Part shown: positions 9,639-19,308 of the stretch, piece by piece
How the letters are laid out: each line of letters opens with the position of its first letter
Position numbering within the stretch: the first letter of the stretch is position 1
Assembly: GCA_964566225.1 (NCBI GenBank)
Contig: CAZMHV010000001.1
Span: 242,651-306,650, forward strand
Origin: an uncultured Gammaproteobacteria bacterium
GTDB taxonomy: Bacteria; Patescibacteriota; Patescibacteriia; Magasanikbacterales; UBA922
Direction of reading: 5' to 3'
DNA length: 64,000 nt
Notes under the pieces: model-generated
What the model saw: the letters and a program-made list of their open reading frames with translations, nothing else
What the model was told of the DNA's origin: nothing
Databases searched by the model: none
Made by a program: the position numbers and the translations under genes

Positions 9639-10385
9639 ATGGAAACTCAACTTCCCCCAGATATACGTCAGTCTGTTGAAGATGAAAGAAATAAATTTGA
9701 TCCAATTGAGTTAACTTCGCTTGAAGACATGACTGATTTTTGGCTTACCTTCAGAAAGAATAACGGTCTCACCATAAAAGATACAGAAAAAGAACTCCGT
9801 ATGGCACACCTCCAAGCTCTGGAGACACTGGAAAAAATAAAGGCAGGGAACGAAATTTTTTATGGAGTAAAAAAAGATGGAAAAATTATTGCAACAGGAT
9901 TGCTCCATTTAATACCAGAACGTACCAGTATTCGAAAGGAATCAAATCATTCTTGGTATGCGTACCTCGGACTTCTGACTGTGAATCCTGAATATCGAGG
10001 TAAATCTATTGCAAAAAAATTGACTGAAGTGAGAATGGAAAGAGCCAAACAAGAAGGTGCAGCAGGTGTCACAACTCACGTTTTTGCTTCAAACCCGCGA
10101 GCATTGGCTACTAAATTTGATGATGGATTTTATGTAGATCATTTAAATATTCAAGATGATGAGTTAATTGGGTTTAATTTAAAAAAAGATTTTAAAGAAT
10201 CATACTTTTCTCCAGATCCCAAAAAAGGACACCTTCGAGAACTCAAGGAAGTAAATTTAAGTAATCACCAAAGTATTCGTGAAGATGAAGAAAATGGTTG
10301 GAGAGGAATTGATATTAAAAATCTTGGTGATGCGAAAGATAACGATCCTACAAAATGGAATTTAATACTTGAAAAAGAGTTTTAA
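9639..10385 (+). CDS. GNAT-family N-acetyltransferase
   Basis: 'GLLTVNPEYRGKSIAKKL' resembles the acetyl-CoA binding motif A. Confidence 0.55.
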   Translation: METQLPPDIRQSVEDERNKFDPIELTSLEDMTDFWLTFRKNNGLTIKDTEKELRMAHLQALETLEKIKAGNEIFYGVKKDGKIIATGLLHLIPERTSIRKESNHSWYAYLGLLTVNPEYRGKSIAKKLTEVRMERAKQEGAAGVTTHVFASNPRALATKFDDGFYVDHLNIQDDELIGFNLKKDFKESYFSPDPKKGHLRELKEVNLSNHQSIREDEENGWRGIDIKNLGDAKDNDPTKWNLILEKEF

Positions 10386-10411
10386 AAAAGCAGCCTTGAA
10401 AAGCTGCTTTT

Positions 10412-10909
10412 CTATTCTATCATCAATAGAGTATACTCTACTTTTTTGCCCGCAATCTCCACTTTCACCGTCTCCCCCACTTTTCGTCCCAGCAGTGCTG
10501 CACCAATCGGAGAATTTTGTGAAATCACGCCTTGCGCTGGATTACTTTCGGAGGAACCCAAAATAGTATATTGTTTTTGTTTTCCGCCAGATTCAATAGT
10601 CACAGTATGTCCAATTTCAACACGAGTATTTTGCCGAGGTCTTTGAATAATGTCTGCCGCATTCAATTGTTTTTCTAAATCGAGTATTCCTTGGTTAATG
10701 CCACGCAATTTTCCTTTGGCAAGCTGATACTCCACATTTTCTGAAAAATCCCCCAGTTCTGCCAAACGACTCACTTCTTTGGCTGCAGCCGGCTGCACCG
10801 CACGAAGTCGCTCCAACTTTTTTTGCAATTCCAAAAACTTATCCTCGGTCATGGTCGGGTCTTTGGGAATAAGGGCGTATTTGCCTGGTTTGCGGTATGG
10901 GACTTGCAT
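10412..10909 (-). CDS. greA: Transcription elongation factor GreA
   Basis: Full-length match to the GreA family ('LAELGDFSENVEYQLAKG', C-terminal FKBP-like domain). Confidence 0.9.
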   Translation of the reverse strand: MQVPYRKPGKYALIPKDPTMTEDKFLELQKKLERLRAVQPAAAKEVSRLAELGDFSENVEYQLAKGKLRGINQGILDLEKQLNAADIIQRPRQNTRVEIGHTVTIESGGKQKQYTILGSSESNPAQGVISQNSPIGAALLGRKVGETVKVEIAGKKVEYTLLMIE

Positions 10910-11012
10910 AGAACAGACATACTATACCGTTTCCCGGGCCTTCTGTAAAGCCAAAGCCCCCTTGTGTTTTTCTCAAATTGCGCTATAATACAACATATTT
11001 TAACTTCTTCCC

Positions 11013-11852
11013 ATGCTTATTGACGGCCACGCTCTTGCAGACGAAATCCTCGCCAAAACCAAACGCAAGGCAACGCAACTCAAAAAGAAAAAAATTACTC
11101 CTCACCTTGGAGTTGTTTTTGTTGGCAGTGACAGCCGCTCAGGCGTGTATATTCGCAAAAAGGGTGAAGCCGCAGAAGCCGTTGGCATAAAATTTTCACT
11201 GTTTCAATTTAACGAAAAAATCAAAGAAAAAAAATTGATTGAAGAAATAGCACACATTCAAAAAACCCAAAAACTCACCGGGCTCATTGTGCAACTCCCC
11301 TTGCCTGAGCACCTGTACACTCCACACATTCTCAATGCGATTGATCCAAAAATTGACGTGGATTGTTTGACGCACGAAAACTTGGGCAAACTCATGATGA
11401 AATGGGGAGAACTGTTTCCACCCACACCTGATGCGTGTATGGAATGTATCAAATCACTTGGTGTAGAACTGCCTGGAAAAAATGTGGTGATTGTGGGTGC
11501 TGGGGCACTCGTGGGTAAACCACTCTCTATTATGCTCATGAACGAACGTGCCACAGTGACCACCTGCAACAGTGCTACCAAAAATTTTAAAAAATTGTGC
11601 AAAGAAGCAGATATTATTATTACTGGTGTTGGCAAAAAAGATATTATTCGTGGAAACATGGTCAAAAAAGGTGCGGTTATTATTGACGCAGGAATTTGTT
11701 TTGACCAAGGAAAAATTTATGGGGACGTAAATGTAAAGGAAGTAGAAAAAAAGGCCTTGGCCGTCACTCCGACTCCTGGTGGAGTTGGCCCCATTACGGT
11801 GGCAAAACTCCTCTGGAATACAGTTTTGTGCGCCGAACGCATGAAAAAATAA
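11013..11852 (+). CDS. folD: Bifunctional 5,10-methylene-THF dehydrogenase / cyclohydrolase
   Basis: 'LIDGHALADEIL', 'GVVFVGSDSRSGVYIRKK', 'VVIVGAGALVGKPL', 'TPTPGGVGPITVAKLL'. Confidence 0.9.
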   Translation: MLIDGHALADEILAKTKRKATQLKKKKITPHLGVVFVGSDSRSGVYIRKKGEAAEAVGIKFSLFQFNEKIKEKKLIEEIAHIQKTQKLTGLIVQLPLPEHLYTPHILNAIDPKIDVDCLTHENLGKLMMKWGELFPPTPDACMECIKSLGVELPGKNVVIVGAGALVGKPLSIMLMNERATVTTCNSATKNFKKLCKEADIIITGVGKKDIIRGNMVKKGAVIIDAGICFDQGKIYGDVNVKEVEKKALAVTPTPGGVGPITVAKLLWNTVLCAERMKK

Positions 11853-11867
11853 CCTTCACGAACTACA

Positions 11868-11900
11868 AAAAAACCTCTGTAACAGAGGTTTTTCTTTTTT
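11868..11900. terminator. Bidirectional rho-independent terminator between folD and the convergent gene
   Basis: ACCTCTG-TAA-CAGAGGT with A-run before and T-run after. Confidence 0.65.
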
Positions 11901-11905
11901 ACACG

Positions 11906-12283
11906 TTATTTACTTTTTGATTTTTTCGAAAATGCTTTTTTGGTAACAGTTTTGGTTTCACTCACTTTTTCTTCTACGGTTGCCTTTATATTTTCCCACT
12001 GAGATAAAACAATTTTTACCACCATTTCTTTGACAGACTCCAGAGCTGGATATTTTTCAAAGTATTTGTCTACTTTTTGTTGTACCAATTTGGTATACGC
12101 AGATTTGGATGATACATATTTTTTATCCATCTTTTTGAGCTCTTTTACGATATCTTCATAAATATCTGCAGCTGCCTCAAGCATTTTATCTCGAGTTTCC
12201 TTGCCCTTTTTGCTTGAAGTGAGCCAAATAAGCCCAGCTCCCAAAAGTCCTCCAAACAAAAGTGTTTTTTTGAGTTTTGACAT
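11906..12283 (-). CDS. small N-terminally membrane-anchored helical protein (YtxH-like), hypothetical
   Basis: N-terminal hydrophobic 'LLFGGLLGAGLIWL', then a charged helical region. Confidence 0.5.
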   Translation of the reverse strand: MSKLKKTLLFGGLLGAGLIWLTSSKKGKETRDKMLEAAADIYEDIVKELKKMDKKYVSSKSAYTKLVQQKVDKYFEKYPALESVKEMVVKIVLSQWENIKATVEEKVSETKTVTKKAFSKKSKSK

Positions 12284-12332
12284 AAAAAAGTTTTAAAGAA
12301 AAAATACTCTCTTCTTTCATTGTATACCTCTC

Positions 12333-13526
12333 TTAGTCTTTCTGCAAACTAGTATACAAGTCAACCGTGGCTGCAATAATCATAGGCCATGAAAAAAGTT
12401 GTTCTGCAGACTCACGTGCTTGCTGTTTCCAATGTTGCATACCTTCTCTATCTGTAAAATATTCTTGTATACTTTGAGCCAAGGCAACAGAATTTTTGAC
12501 TGGTACAGTAAAACCACCCTGTTCTGCTACAGTACGTACGCCAGGTAAGTCAGAAGCAAGGACAGGGACACCACTGGCCATAGCCTCAAGCAAAACTAAG
12601 CCAAACGCCTCATTACGCTCTGTAGAAGGAAATACAAATAAATCAGCCATATGGTAGTATCGTGGGAGTTCATCGTCTTCTACGCGTCCTACAAAGCGTA
12701 CTAGCTCACCAAGCCCCAAAGCCTTGGCCTGCATTTCATAATTACTCCGCAAATCTCCATTCCCCACCAACACTGCCTGAATTTCAACACCTTTATTTTT
12801 CAAAAGTGACAAAGCTTGCAAAAGTACTGGTACACCCTTAAAGTAATGTGCTGTATCCATACCACCTACAAACAGTACCGTAGGGAATGTTGAACGGAGT
12901 GAGTGACGTACAAACAAATCAAGTGGCTTGGGTGCTGGAAAAAATCTTTCGGTATCTACTCCAAAAGGAATCTCGTACCATTTTTCTTTTGTTTTTTGAT
13001 ATATAATCGAGGCATCACCATGTTCAACATAGTCAAATGTACTGGCAATAATAGCATCGGCCACACCCAAAATTTTTGGCATCCAGTATTTGGCATACCA
13101 TTTAAAGACAAGTCCTTTCCAACTCGGAGCACGAGTATCCATGTGATACGTAATTACGAGTGGTTTCTCAGGATTGCGTAATTTCCATTTGCGCACCAAA
13201 TTGGCAGTACCAAAAAATGGATAGTGCAAATGCACTACATCAAATTCATCAAGTTCGCCGCCTATATTTGGTAACCTCGCAGCATTGCCGTATTCGAGAC
13301 TCGGTGTTATGCGTTTGGCATAGTCAATGGTTTCTTGAATTTGAGGTGCATGAGTTTGTGCTGGAGCAGCTTCTTTACTACGTATTTCTTTATTTTCTGC
13401 ATAGAGCGGGGTCAGTACTTCCACTTCATGACCCTGTTGGACCAATTCCTCAGCCATTTGAAATACAACATTCCCCATGCCACCGAAGTATGGAGGGTAC
13501 GCGCAGACAATATGTGCTATTTTCAT
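12333..13526 (-). CDS. Glycosyltransferase family 4 (GT-B fold)
   Basis: 'MKIAHIVCAYPPYFGGMGNVV', C-terminal E-x7-E-like region 'FPSTERNEAFGLVLLEAMASGVPV'. Confidence 0.8.
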   Translation of the reverse strand: MKIAHIVCAYPPYFGGMGNVVFQMAEELVQQGHEVEVLTPLYAENKEIRSKEAAPAQTHAPQIQETIDYAKRITPSLEYGNAARLPNIGGELDEFDVVHLHYPFFGTANLVRKWKLRNPEKPLVITYHMDTRAPSWKGLVFKWYAKYWMPKILGVADAIIASTFDYVEHGDASIIYQKTKEKWYEIPFGVDTERFFPAPKPLDLFVRHSLRSTFPTVLFVGGMDTAHYFKGVPVLLQALSLLKNKGVEIQAVLVGNGDLRSNYEMQAKALGLGELVRFVGRVEDDELPRYYHMADLFVFPSTERNEAFGLVLLEAMASGVPVLASDLPGVRTVAEQGGFTVPVKNSVALAQSIQEYFTDREGMQHWKQQARESAEQLFSWPMIIAATVDLYTSLQKD

Positions 13527-13558
13527 ATAAGTGAACACTTATCGAGATACCATCAGAA

Positions 13559-13888
13559 TTACTTTTTTTTCAAGGCTTTTTCTCTTACCACTTTGGTGAC
13601 ATCTCGGTTCATATTTTCAATTTTGATATGGAGTCGAAACACCAAAAAGAAAAGTGTAATGACAGAAATATAGAGAACAAAATCACTTCCTCTGCCAATA
13701 CCAAAAGCGGATGCAATCATTTGGACACTATTTGGCCACATCACGACCAAAGAAACTCCGAGCCAAAATAAAATCCAAAAAAATGTTCCCTTCACTCCCA
13801 GGGTTCCCTTATTTTTAAGCTGAACAATATTGACAAGAGTAGCAAGTGCAAACAATACTACAAGCAATTGAAAAATGAGAATAGACAT
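13559..13888 (-). CDS. DUF2304-family small membrane protein
   Basis: Two hydrophobic helices, and a position next to GT2, typical of the DUF2304 family. Confidence 0.5.
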   Translation of the reverse strand: MSILIFQLLVVLFALATLVNIVQLKNKGTLGVKGTFFWILFWLGVSLVVMWPNSVQMIASAFGIGRGSDFVLYISVITLFFLVFRLHIKIENMNRDVTKVVREKALKKK

Positions 13889-13894
13889 AAAAAA

Positions 13895-14554
13895 TTATTT
13901 TAAAAATTTTCCAGTAATCAAATCTTTTACCACATGGAGTCCCCCAATACCACTTTGTCCATATTCATGATAGGTCACCGTAATTGGGAATTCTACATAT
14001 GATAAATTGTGAAATTTTACCAATGCTGGAATTTCGGTAGCATGAGCCATTCTCTCTTGAGTAATCACAATTTTTTCAAGAGCCTTAGCAGACAAAATAC
14101 GAAAACCATTGTGAACGTCACTCAGTGGCACACTCCCAAATACCATATCAATTATTTTTCCAAGTGGAAAGATAATATTTTTTTTCGTCCAAGGTATATT
14201 GGAATCTTTTCCCAAAAAACGTGAACCAAAGAGTATATCTGCCTTTTTGTCTTTCAATTCATTGAGCGCTGGAGCAATATCTGCAACATCAAATTGACCA
14301 TCAGCATCAAAGTGAATAATATATTCAGCGCCAATACTGCGTGCGTAGGCATGTCCAGTCTCCAGTGCTGCTCCTTGGCCACGGTTTATTTCGTGTTGTA
14401 ATACCACAGCACCGGCACCCTTTGCCAAAGCAACCGTCGCATCAAGAGAAGCATCATCAACAACCACAACAGAATCGACCTCGGTGAGGAGGTCGCTGAT
14501 TACCGAAGCAATTGATTTTTCTTCATTGTACGCAGGAACAATGGCAACAAACAT
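13895..14554 (-). CDS. Glycosyltransferase family 2 (Dpm1/GtrB-like)
   Basis: 'VAIVPAYNEEKSI', 'VVVVDDASLD', 'HFDADGQF'. Internal ATG start chosen so it abuts the upstream gene. Confidence 0.8.
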   Translation of the reverse strand: MFVAIVPAYNEEKSIASVISDLLTEVDSVVVVDDASLDATVALAKGAGAVVLQHEINRGQGAALETGHAYARSIGAEYIIHFDADGQFDVADIAPALNELKDKKADILFGSRFLGKDSNIPWTKKNIIFPLGKIIDMVFGSVPLSDVHNGFRILSAKALEKIVITQERMAHATEIPALVKFHNLSYVEFPITVTYHEYGQSGIGGLHVVKDLITGKFLK

Positions 14555-14555
14555 A

Positions 14556-15581
14556 TTATTTAAAAGTTGATCCAAGCATTTCTTTGTTGGCAATGGTATA
14601 GTCAATAGTTTTGCGCAGACCATCTTCCATGCGCACGAGTGGAAGCCATGCTAAATTTTCTTTGGCACGACGCAAATCTGGAATTCCTTTTTTGGACATA
14701 AAACTCAGTGCATTTTCAAAAATAACTTTGGACTCTGAACCAGTCATTTTAATAATTGCTTCAGCGATATCGATAATTCGATACATTTGATCTGAACCCA
14801 AGTTTACCAACGAAATTTCTGGAGGAGATTTCATGAGACGTACGAGTCCATCAACAATATCTGACACATAACACAGGGACTGCGCACTATTTGGATCCCC
14901 ATATACTACCAAGTCTCTCCCTTCAAGTGCATCAATGATAAAATCAGGAATAAGCAACCCATCACGCAACTGCATACGTGGACCATAGGTCGTAAACAGA
15001 CGCGCAATTTTGGTATCAATGCCATGAACCTGTTTATACGTACTCACACAGGTTTCAGCAAAACGCTTTCCTTCGTCATAACAACCTCGAGGAGACAAGT
15101 GATTTACTGCTCCTTCGTCTTGTTCCGCAAAAGAAACCCGGTCTGGACGAGCATCACCGTAGACCACAGAACTTGAAGCAAATACGTACTTAGAACGATA
15201 TTTTACGGCCAAATCAAGCGTAGAAAGCATGGCACTGGAATTTGCCCAAAGTGAGTGCATTTTGAGTGATTCAAAATTTTTGGCACTGGTAGGACATGCC
15301 AGATGATAGATTTCTTGAATTCCTTGAAATTTTACCTTAAATTTATCAAGTTCTTCAAAACTGTCAAGATCTATTGGATTATTGGTATCAAATTTAATAA
15401 ATTCAAAATCTGGGTATTGAAGCAGGTGATCAATATTGTGAATGCTTGAATGTGATAAATCATCTATACAAATTACCTTTGCCTCACGCAGAAGTCTTTC
15501 ACACAGGTGTGAACCAATAAAACCAGCACCACCGGTGACAATGACATTCTTTTTTTCAAATATTGGGATTTCATTCAGCAT
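14556..15581 (-). CDS. NAD-dependent epimerase/dehydratase (UDP-glucuronate decarboxylase / UXS-like SDR)
   Basis: 'VIVTGGAGFIGSHLCERL', catalytic YxxxK context. Confidence 0.8.
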   Translation of the reverse strand: MLNEIPIFEKKNVIVTGGAGFIGSHLCERLLREAKVICIDDLSHSSIHNIDHLLQYPDFEFIKFDTNNPIDLDSFEELDKFKVKFQGIQEIYHLACPTSAKNFESLKMHSLWANSSAMLSTLDLAVKYRSKYVFASSSVVYGDARPDRVSFAEQDEGAVNHLSPRGCYDEGKRFAETCVSTYKQVHGIDTKIARLFTTYGPRMQLRDGLLIPDFIIDALEGRDLVVYGDPNSAQSLCYVSDIVDGLVRLMKSPPEISLVNLGSDQMYRIIDIAEAIIKMTGSESKVIFENALSFMSKKGIPDLRRAKENLAWLPLVRMEDGLRKTIDYTIANKEMLGSTFK

Positions 15582-15598
15582 AGGTTTAAATTCAAATA

Positions 15599-17725
15599 TT
15601 ATTTTACAAATGGAACCACAAAAAAATTATTTGTAGAAGCATTTTTGAGTGGAAGTAAAAATTTTATATCTAACCCTTTACCAAATACCGCATACACACC
15701 ACGACCACCATTTTTTTCATTGGCCAAAATTTCATATTTTCCATCACTGTCAAAGTCATCAAAACTAATATTTGCTTTTTCTTCTTTATTCAAAAATTGA
15801 AAAATCGGTGTACGCACGATAAGTTTTCCATTGTTATCATAATACCTCACCCAGAGTGTATGTTCTGCAATAATAAAGGCTGCGTATTCACCAATGCCAT
15901 CACCATCGACATCTCCATAAAAAAGTCCACCAAGCTCTGTTTTGGGTGATAATTCTGTTCTACGAAGCAATTCTCCCCTGCCTTTATACTCATCCAAAAA
16001 CACCTGTGTCCCTTGTTTATACAAAACCGCAATAACTTCTTTATCAAGCACAGCATCATGCTTTCTTGTAATACTTACACCTGTATGCTTTTGAGTACTG
16101 GTCACTGAAAACAATTCATTTCCATTTTTGTCAGAAACAGAAAAAAGTAATGTATCTGCTACTTTTGGTGCGAGCACTACCTCTGGTTCGCGATCACCAA
16201 TAACATCAGCAAAAATCAAAGTAGACGGAAAATTGAGCATCTTTCGAAAACCACCTATTCGTTGAAAATTTTTGTCAAAAGTTCGAATTACTGAGTATCC
16301 ATCGGCTCGAAAATATAATACCCCATAGCGACTTTCAATACTTTTATTTTTATATCGTGCAAAACTTTCAAGTCCTTGGAAAAAAACTAAATTCTTCTGT
16401 TCTTTGGCAGTCCCGAGTCCACTCGAGAGATAATCATACATGTCGCCCACACCAGAGTTGCCTTCAAACAAAAACAAACCCAATGACTCAGGAACAGCTA
16501 TAGGCGGAAGTGGTTGCGGAGTCACGAGGGGAGGAACCGGAGACTGGGGTTGTTTAATATCTGGTGCAGGTGCAGGAACAACTTCGACGGCAACAGGTGG
16601 AGGCGCCAATACACGAGGACCTAGAGTTGGAACAACACCAGAAAGTGCCGCTACTACAGCTTTATCAATTTGGAGTAAACCTCTTCCAAATAAATGTGCA
16701 TAGACACCTTCGTCAACAGGAGGTGTTTTGTGGACAGTTCCAAGCAAGGTATTATAAATTTCTGTAGCTTTCCAACTTGGTTGCAATGCTTTTACCAAAG
16801 CAGCCGCACCACTCACAAACGGAGCAGAAAAAGAAGTCCCATTCCAATATCCACCATACAAATCTGGAAGCCCTACCGTGATATCGAACCTCATATCACT
16901 CAAAATATGGACTCCAGGGGCAGCCAAATCAATACAACGTGACCCATAATTAGAAAACGATGCCAAATGATGACTTTCACCTACCGCACTCACACCGAGA
17001 ACCAGTTGCTTATCAAGATACGCATCAACACAGGCAGGAAACCGTGGAGTCGCATCCAAAAATCGACTATCATTCCCCGCAGCAGCGACCACCACTACTC
17101 CTTTGTCTGAAGCATATTCAAAAGCACGCACAAGTTCAGGCTCACTTGAATCCCCTACCATGCTGATATTGATAACACTTGCACCATTATCAACAGCGTA
17201 ACGAATGGCACGACTCAGTAATACCAAATCACCAGAACCACTATTATCAATAACTTTTATATTCATGAGACGAACCTTCCAATTGATGCCTGCTCCAGCA
17301 ACACTATTGTCACCCACACCACCAATAATACCTGCGACAACAGTGCCATGATGAAAAATACCTTCTTGTTTTTGTACTTCAGTCAGATTGGCAACACTTG
17401 GAACTGGATCATTGTTGTTGCCTACAAAATTCCATCCCCATACATCATCGACATATCCATTGGTATCGTCATCAATACCATTGTTTTCAATTTCTTTTTG
17501 GTTCTTCCAGACATTATCTTTTAAGTCAGGGTGATTGGCATCAAAACCATTATCAATCACAGCAACAATCACATCTTTGGAGCCAGTGGTATAGTCCCAC
17601 GCACCATATGCTTTTACATCAGTATATCCCCACTGTTGTACATACGGATCACTTGAAAGTTTGGCAAACAACTCATGTGGGAACATCAATGCAATAAGAG
17701 TGACTATAACAAGCTTTGTGTTCAT
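15599..17725 (-). CDS. Secreted S8-family subtilisin-like serine peptidase with Pro-rich linker and FG-GAP/VCBS-like C-terminal repeats
   Basis: Signal peptide; Asp 'VAVIDNGFD', His 'HGTVVAGIIGG', Ser 'GTSFSAPFVSGAAALV'; 'YGDVDGDGIGEY' and 'FDDFDSDGKYEIL' repeats. Confidence 0.85.
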   Translation of the reverse strand: MNTKLVIVTLIALMFPHELFAKLSSDPYVQQWGYTDVKAYGAWDYTTGSKDVIVAVIDNGFDANHPDLKDNVWKNQKEIENNGIDDDTNGYVDDVWGWNFVGNNNDPVPSVANLTEVQKQEGIFHHGTVVAGIIGGVGDNSVAGAGINWKVRLMNIKVIDNSGSGDLVLLSRAIRYAVDNGASVINISMVGDSSEPELVRAFEYASDKGVVVVAAAGNDSRFLDATPRFPACVDAYLDKQLVLGVSAVGESHHLASFSNYGSRCIDLAAPGVHILSDMRFDITVGLPDLYGGYWNGTSFSAPFVSGAAALVKALQPSWKATEIYNTLLGTVHKTPPVDEGVYAHLFGRGLLQIDKAVVAALSGVVPTLGPRVLAPPPVAVEVVPAPAPDIKQPQSPVPPLVTPQPLPPIAVPESLGLFLFEGNSGVGDMYDYLSSGLGTAKEQKNLVFFQGLESFARYKNKSIESRYGVLYFRADGYSVIRTFDKNFQRIGGFRKMLNFPSTLIFADVIGDREPEVVLAPKVADTLLFSVSDKNGNELFSVTSTQKHTGVSITRKHDAVLDKEVIAVLYKQGTQVFLDEYKGRGELLRRTELSPKTELGGLFYGDVDGDGIGEYAAFIIAEHTLWVRYYDNNGKLIVRTPIFQFLNKEEKANISFDDFDSDGKYEILANEKNGGRGVYAVFGKGLDIKFLLPLKNASTNNFFVVPFVK

Positions 17726-17742
17726 ACAAGAAAGACAATATA

Positions 17743-19239
17743 CTATTGTGCTATAAAGTAACTTCCATCACCTGTCACAGGATGACGTAAAAAAGCTGGG
17801 TCAGTTTTGAGTGTTGCTTTGGCTTTGGTAATTGGTACCAAAATAGTTGGACGGATGATAAAATTATCTGCAAATGGAAGTACTATATCATCCTCTTTTG
17901 ATTTTTTAAGTTTATTATAATTGTAGTATTGTCCATCTGTATTACGGAAAAAATTTGTTTTAGTATCAGGATCATACACGACTGACCCAATTGGATACTC
18001 ATACGTATGTTCAGGAACCGTACGCAATTCTCTGTATCCTACAGGTGATTGATTATTTAAAATTTCCTTACCATCAACAATGGCATCGCCATCCGTATCA
18101 GCGAGTACAGGATCACTAAACCAATAGATAATCTCTTCGTAATCACTCAAACCATCAGCATCAGAGTCAACTTTATAATCACTTGATCCATACATTTCTT
18201 CTTGTTTTTTATCAAGACCATCTTGATCTCGATCTTCACGTTGCGTATATACGGTTTGAGATCTTACACGATAAAAAATTTCATAAAATGCATCCATGGT
18301 CATAATTCGTTTCTGCCAGTCTTTGCCAAAAAGCACATAGGCTTCGGCTTCGGAACGAAGTGGCCTGAGAAAACAACCAGGTTCTACTGCATACACTCGA
18401 GATGAGTTGGTAAAACGCAATAACCAAGTTCCTGAACGAAGACAAACAGGAGTTCCTACTTGGTACTCATGCAATTTAACTTGACTCACTACATTTACAT
18501 CCAAAAAATCTTTGAACCAAGAGTGAAACAGTGCATTGTGCAAAAATGCATGTAACCGTCCATCATATCCGTAGTAATACAGTGTATCAGATTGGCCTTT
18601 GAGCAAGGTTCCCTCTTTGAGATAACGACCAGGTTGAACATAACGAATTTTTTGAGATACTACTTTGGAGTTTCCAAAGGCATCACTATATTTGATAAAA
18701 ACTGTTTTATCACCAGTACCTGGAGTCAAAATCCAATTTACATTTTTTTGAACACGAATAGGTACTTCAAAAGAGTCAGCACTATTTCCTAAGGCAATCG
18801 TTTCTACCCCATCACTATACGTAAGGGCCACGTCAACATATCGAGAATTTGTTTCTGTTGCTTTGTTATTTATAGTAAAAGTAAGCGTAGTTTTGGCAGG
18901 GAGCTTCAACTCGATTGAGTCAGATACAATAGGACTATCATATCCACTTTTATCACGAAACTGCGCATACAGAGTTTTGGTACCAGGACCAGAGGTCAAT
19001 GTCCAATTTTTTTGAGAAAAAAATGACTCCCAGTTTGAACCAGACATATCAGCATTATTACTGATTCGAACATACTGAGGTGTCACAGAAGGGACAAACC
19101 ATAGAGTAACAAAACGAGTATTGGTACTGTTTTCACCTCTATTAATAGAGAGCGAAGGCTCTCCTGCTCGAACTGTCTGAGTACCAGCCAAAAAGAGGGC
19201 TAAAAGTACCAGGACACCCCAAAGTTGAAATTTTCTCAT
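17743..19239 (-). CDS. Secreted protein with thrombospondin-type-3-like Ca-binding repeats, hypothetical
   Basis: Signal peptide 'LVLLALFLAGTQTVRA'; 'DSDADGLSDYEE' and 'DTDGDAIVDGKE' D-x-D-x-D-G motifs. Confidence 0.6.
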   Translation of the reverse strand: MRKFQLWGVLVLLALFLAGTQTVRAGEPSLSINRGENSTNTRFVTLWFVPSVTPQYVRISNNADMSGSNWESFFSQKNWTLTSGPGTKTLYAQFRDKSGYDSPIVSDSIELKLPAKTTLTFTINNKATETNSRYVDVALTYSDGVETIALGNSADSFEVPIRVQKNVNWILTPGTGDKTVFIKYSDAFGNSKVVSQKIRYVQPGRYLKEGTLLKGQSDTLYYYGYDGRLHAFLHNALFHSWFKDFLDVNVVSQVKLHEYQVGTPVCLRSGTWLLRFTNSSRVYAVEPGCFLRPLRSEAEAYVLFGKDWQKRIMTMDAFYEIFYRVRSQTVYTQREDRDQDGLDKKQEEMYGSSDYKVDSDADGLSDYEEIIYWFSDPVLADTDGDAIVDGKEILNNQSPVGYRELRTVPEHTYEYPIGSVVYDPDTKTNFFRNTDGQYYNYNKLKKSKEDDIVLPFADNFIIRPTILVPITKAKATLKTDPAFLRHPVTGDGSYFIAQ

Positions 19240-19308
19240 AGATATGCTAACTTAATGTGGGAAAATAATTTATCTCTATTATAGCAAAAAATTGAAACTG
19301 GCACAATT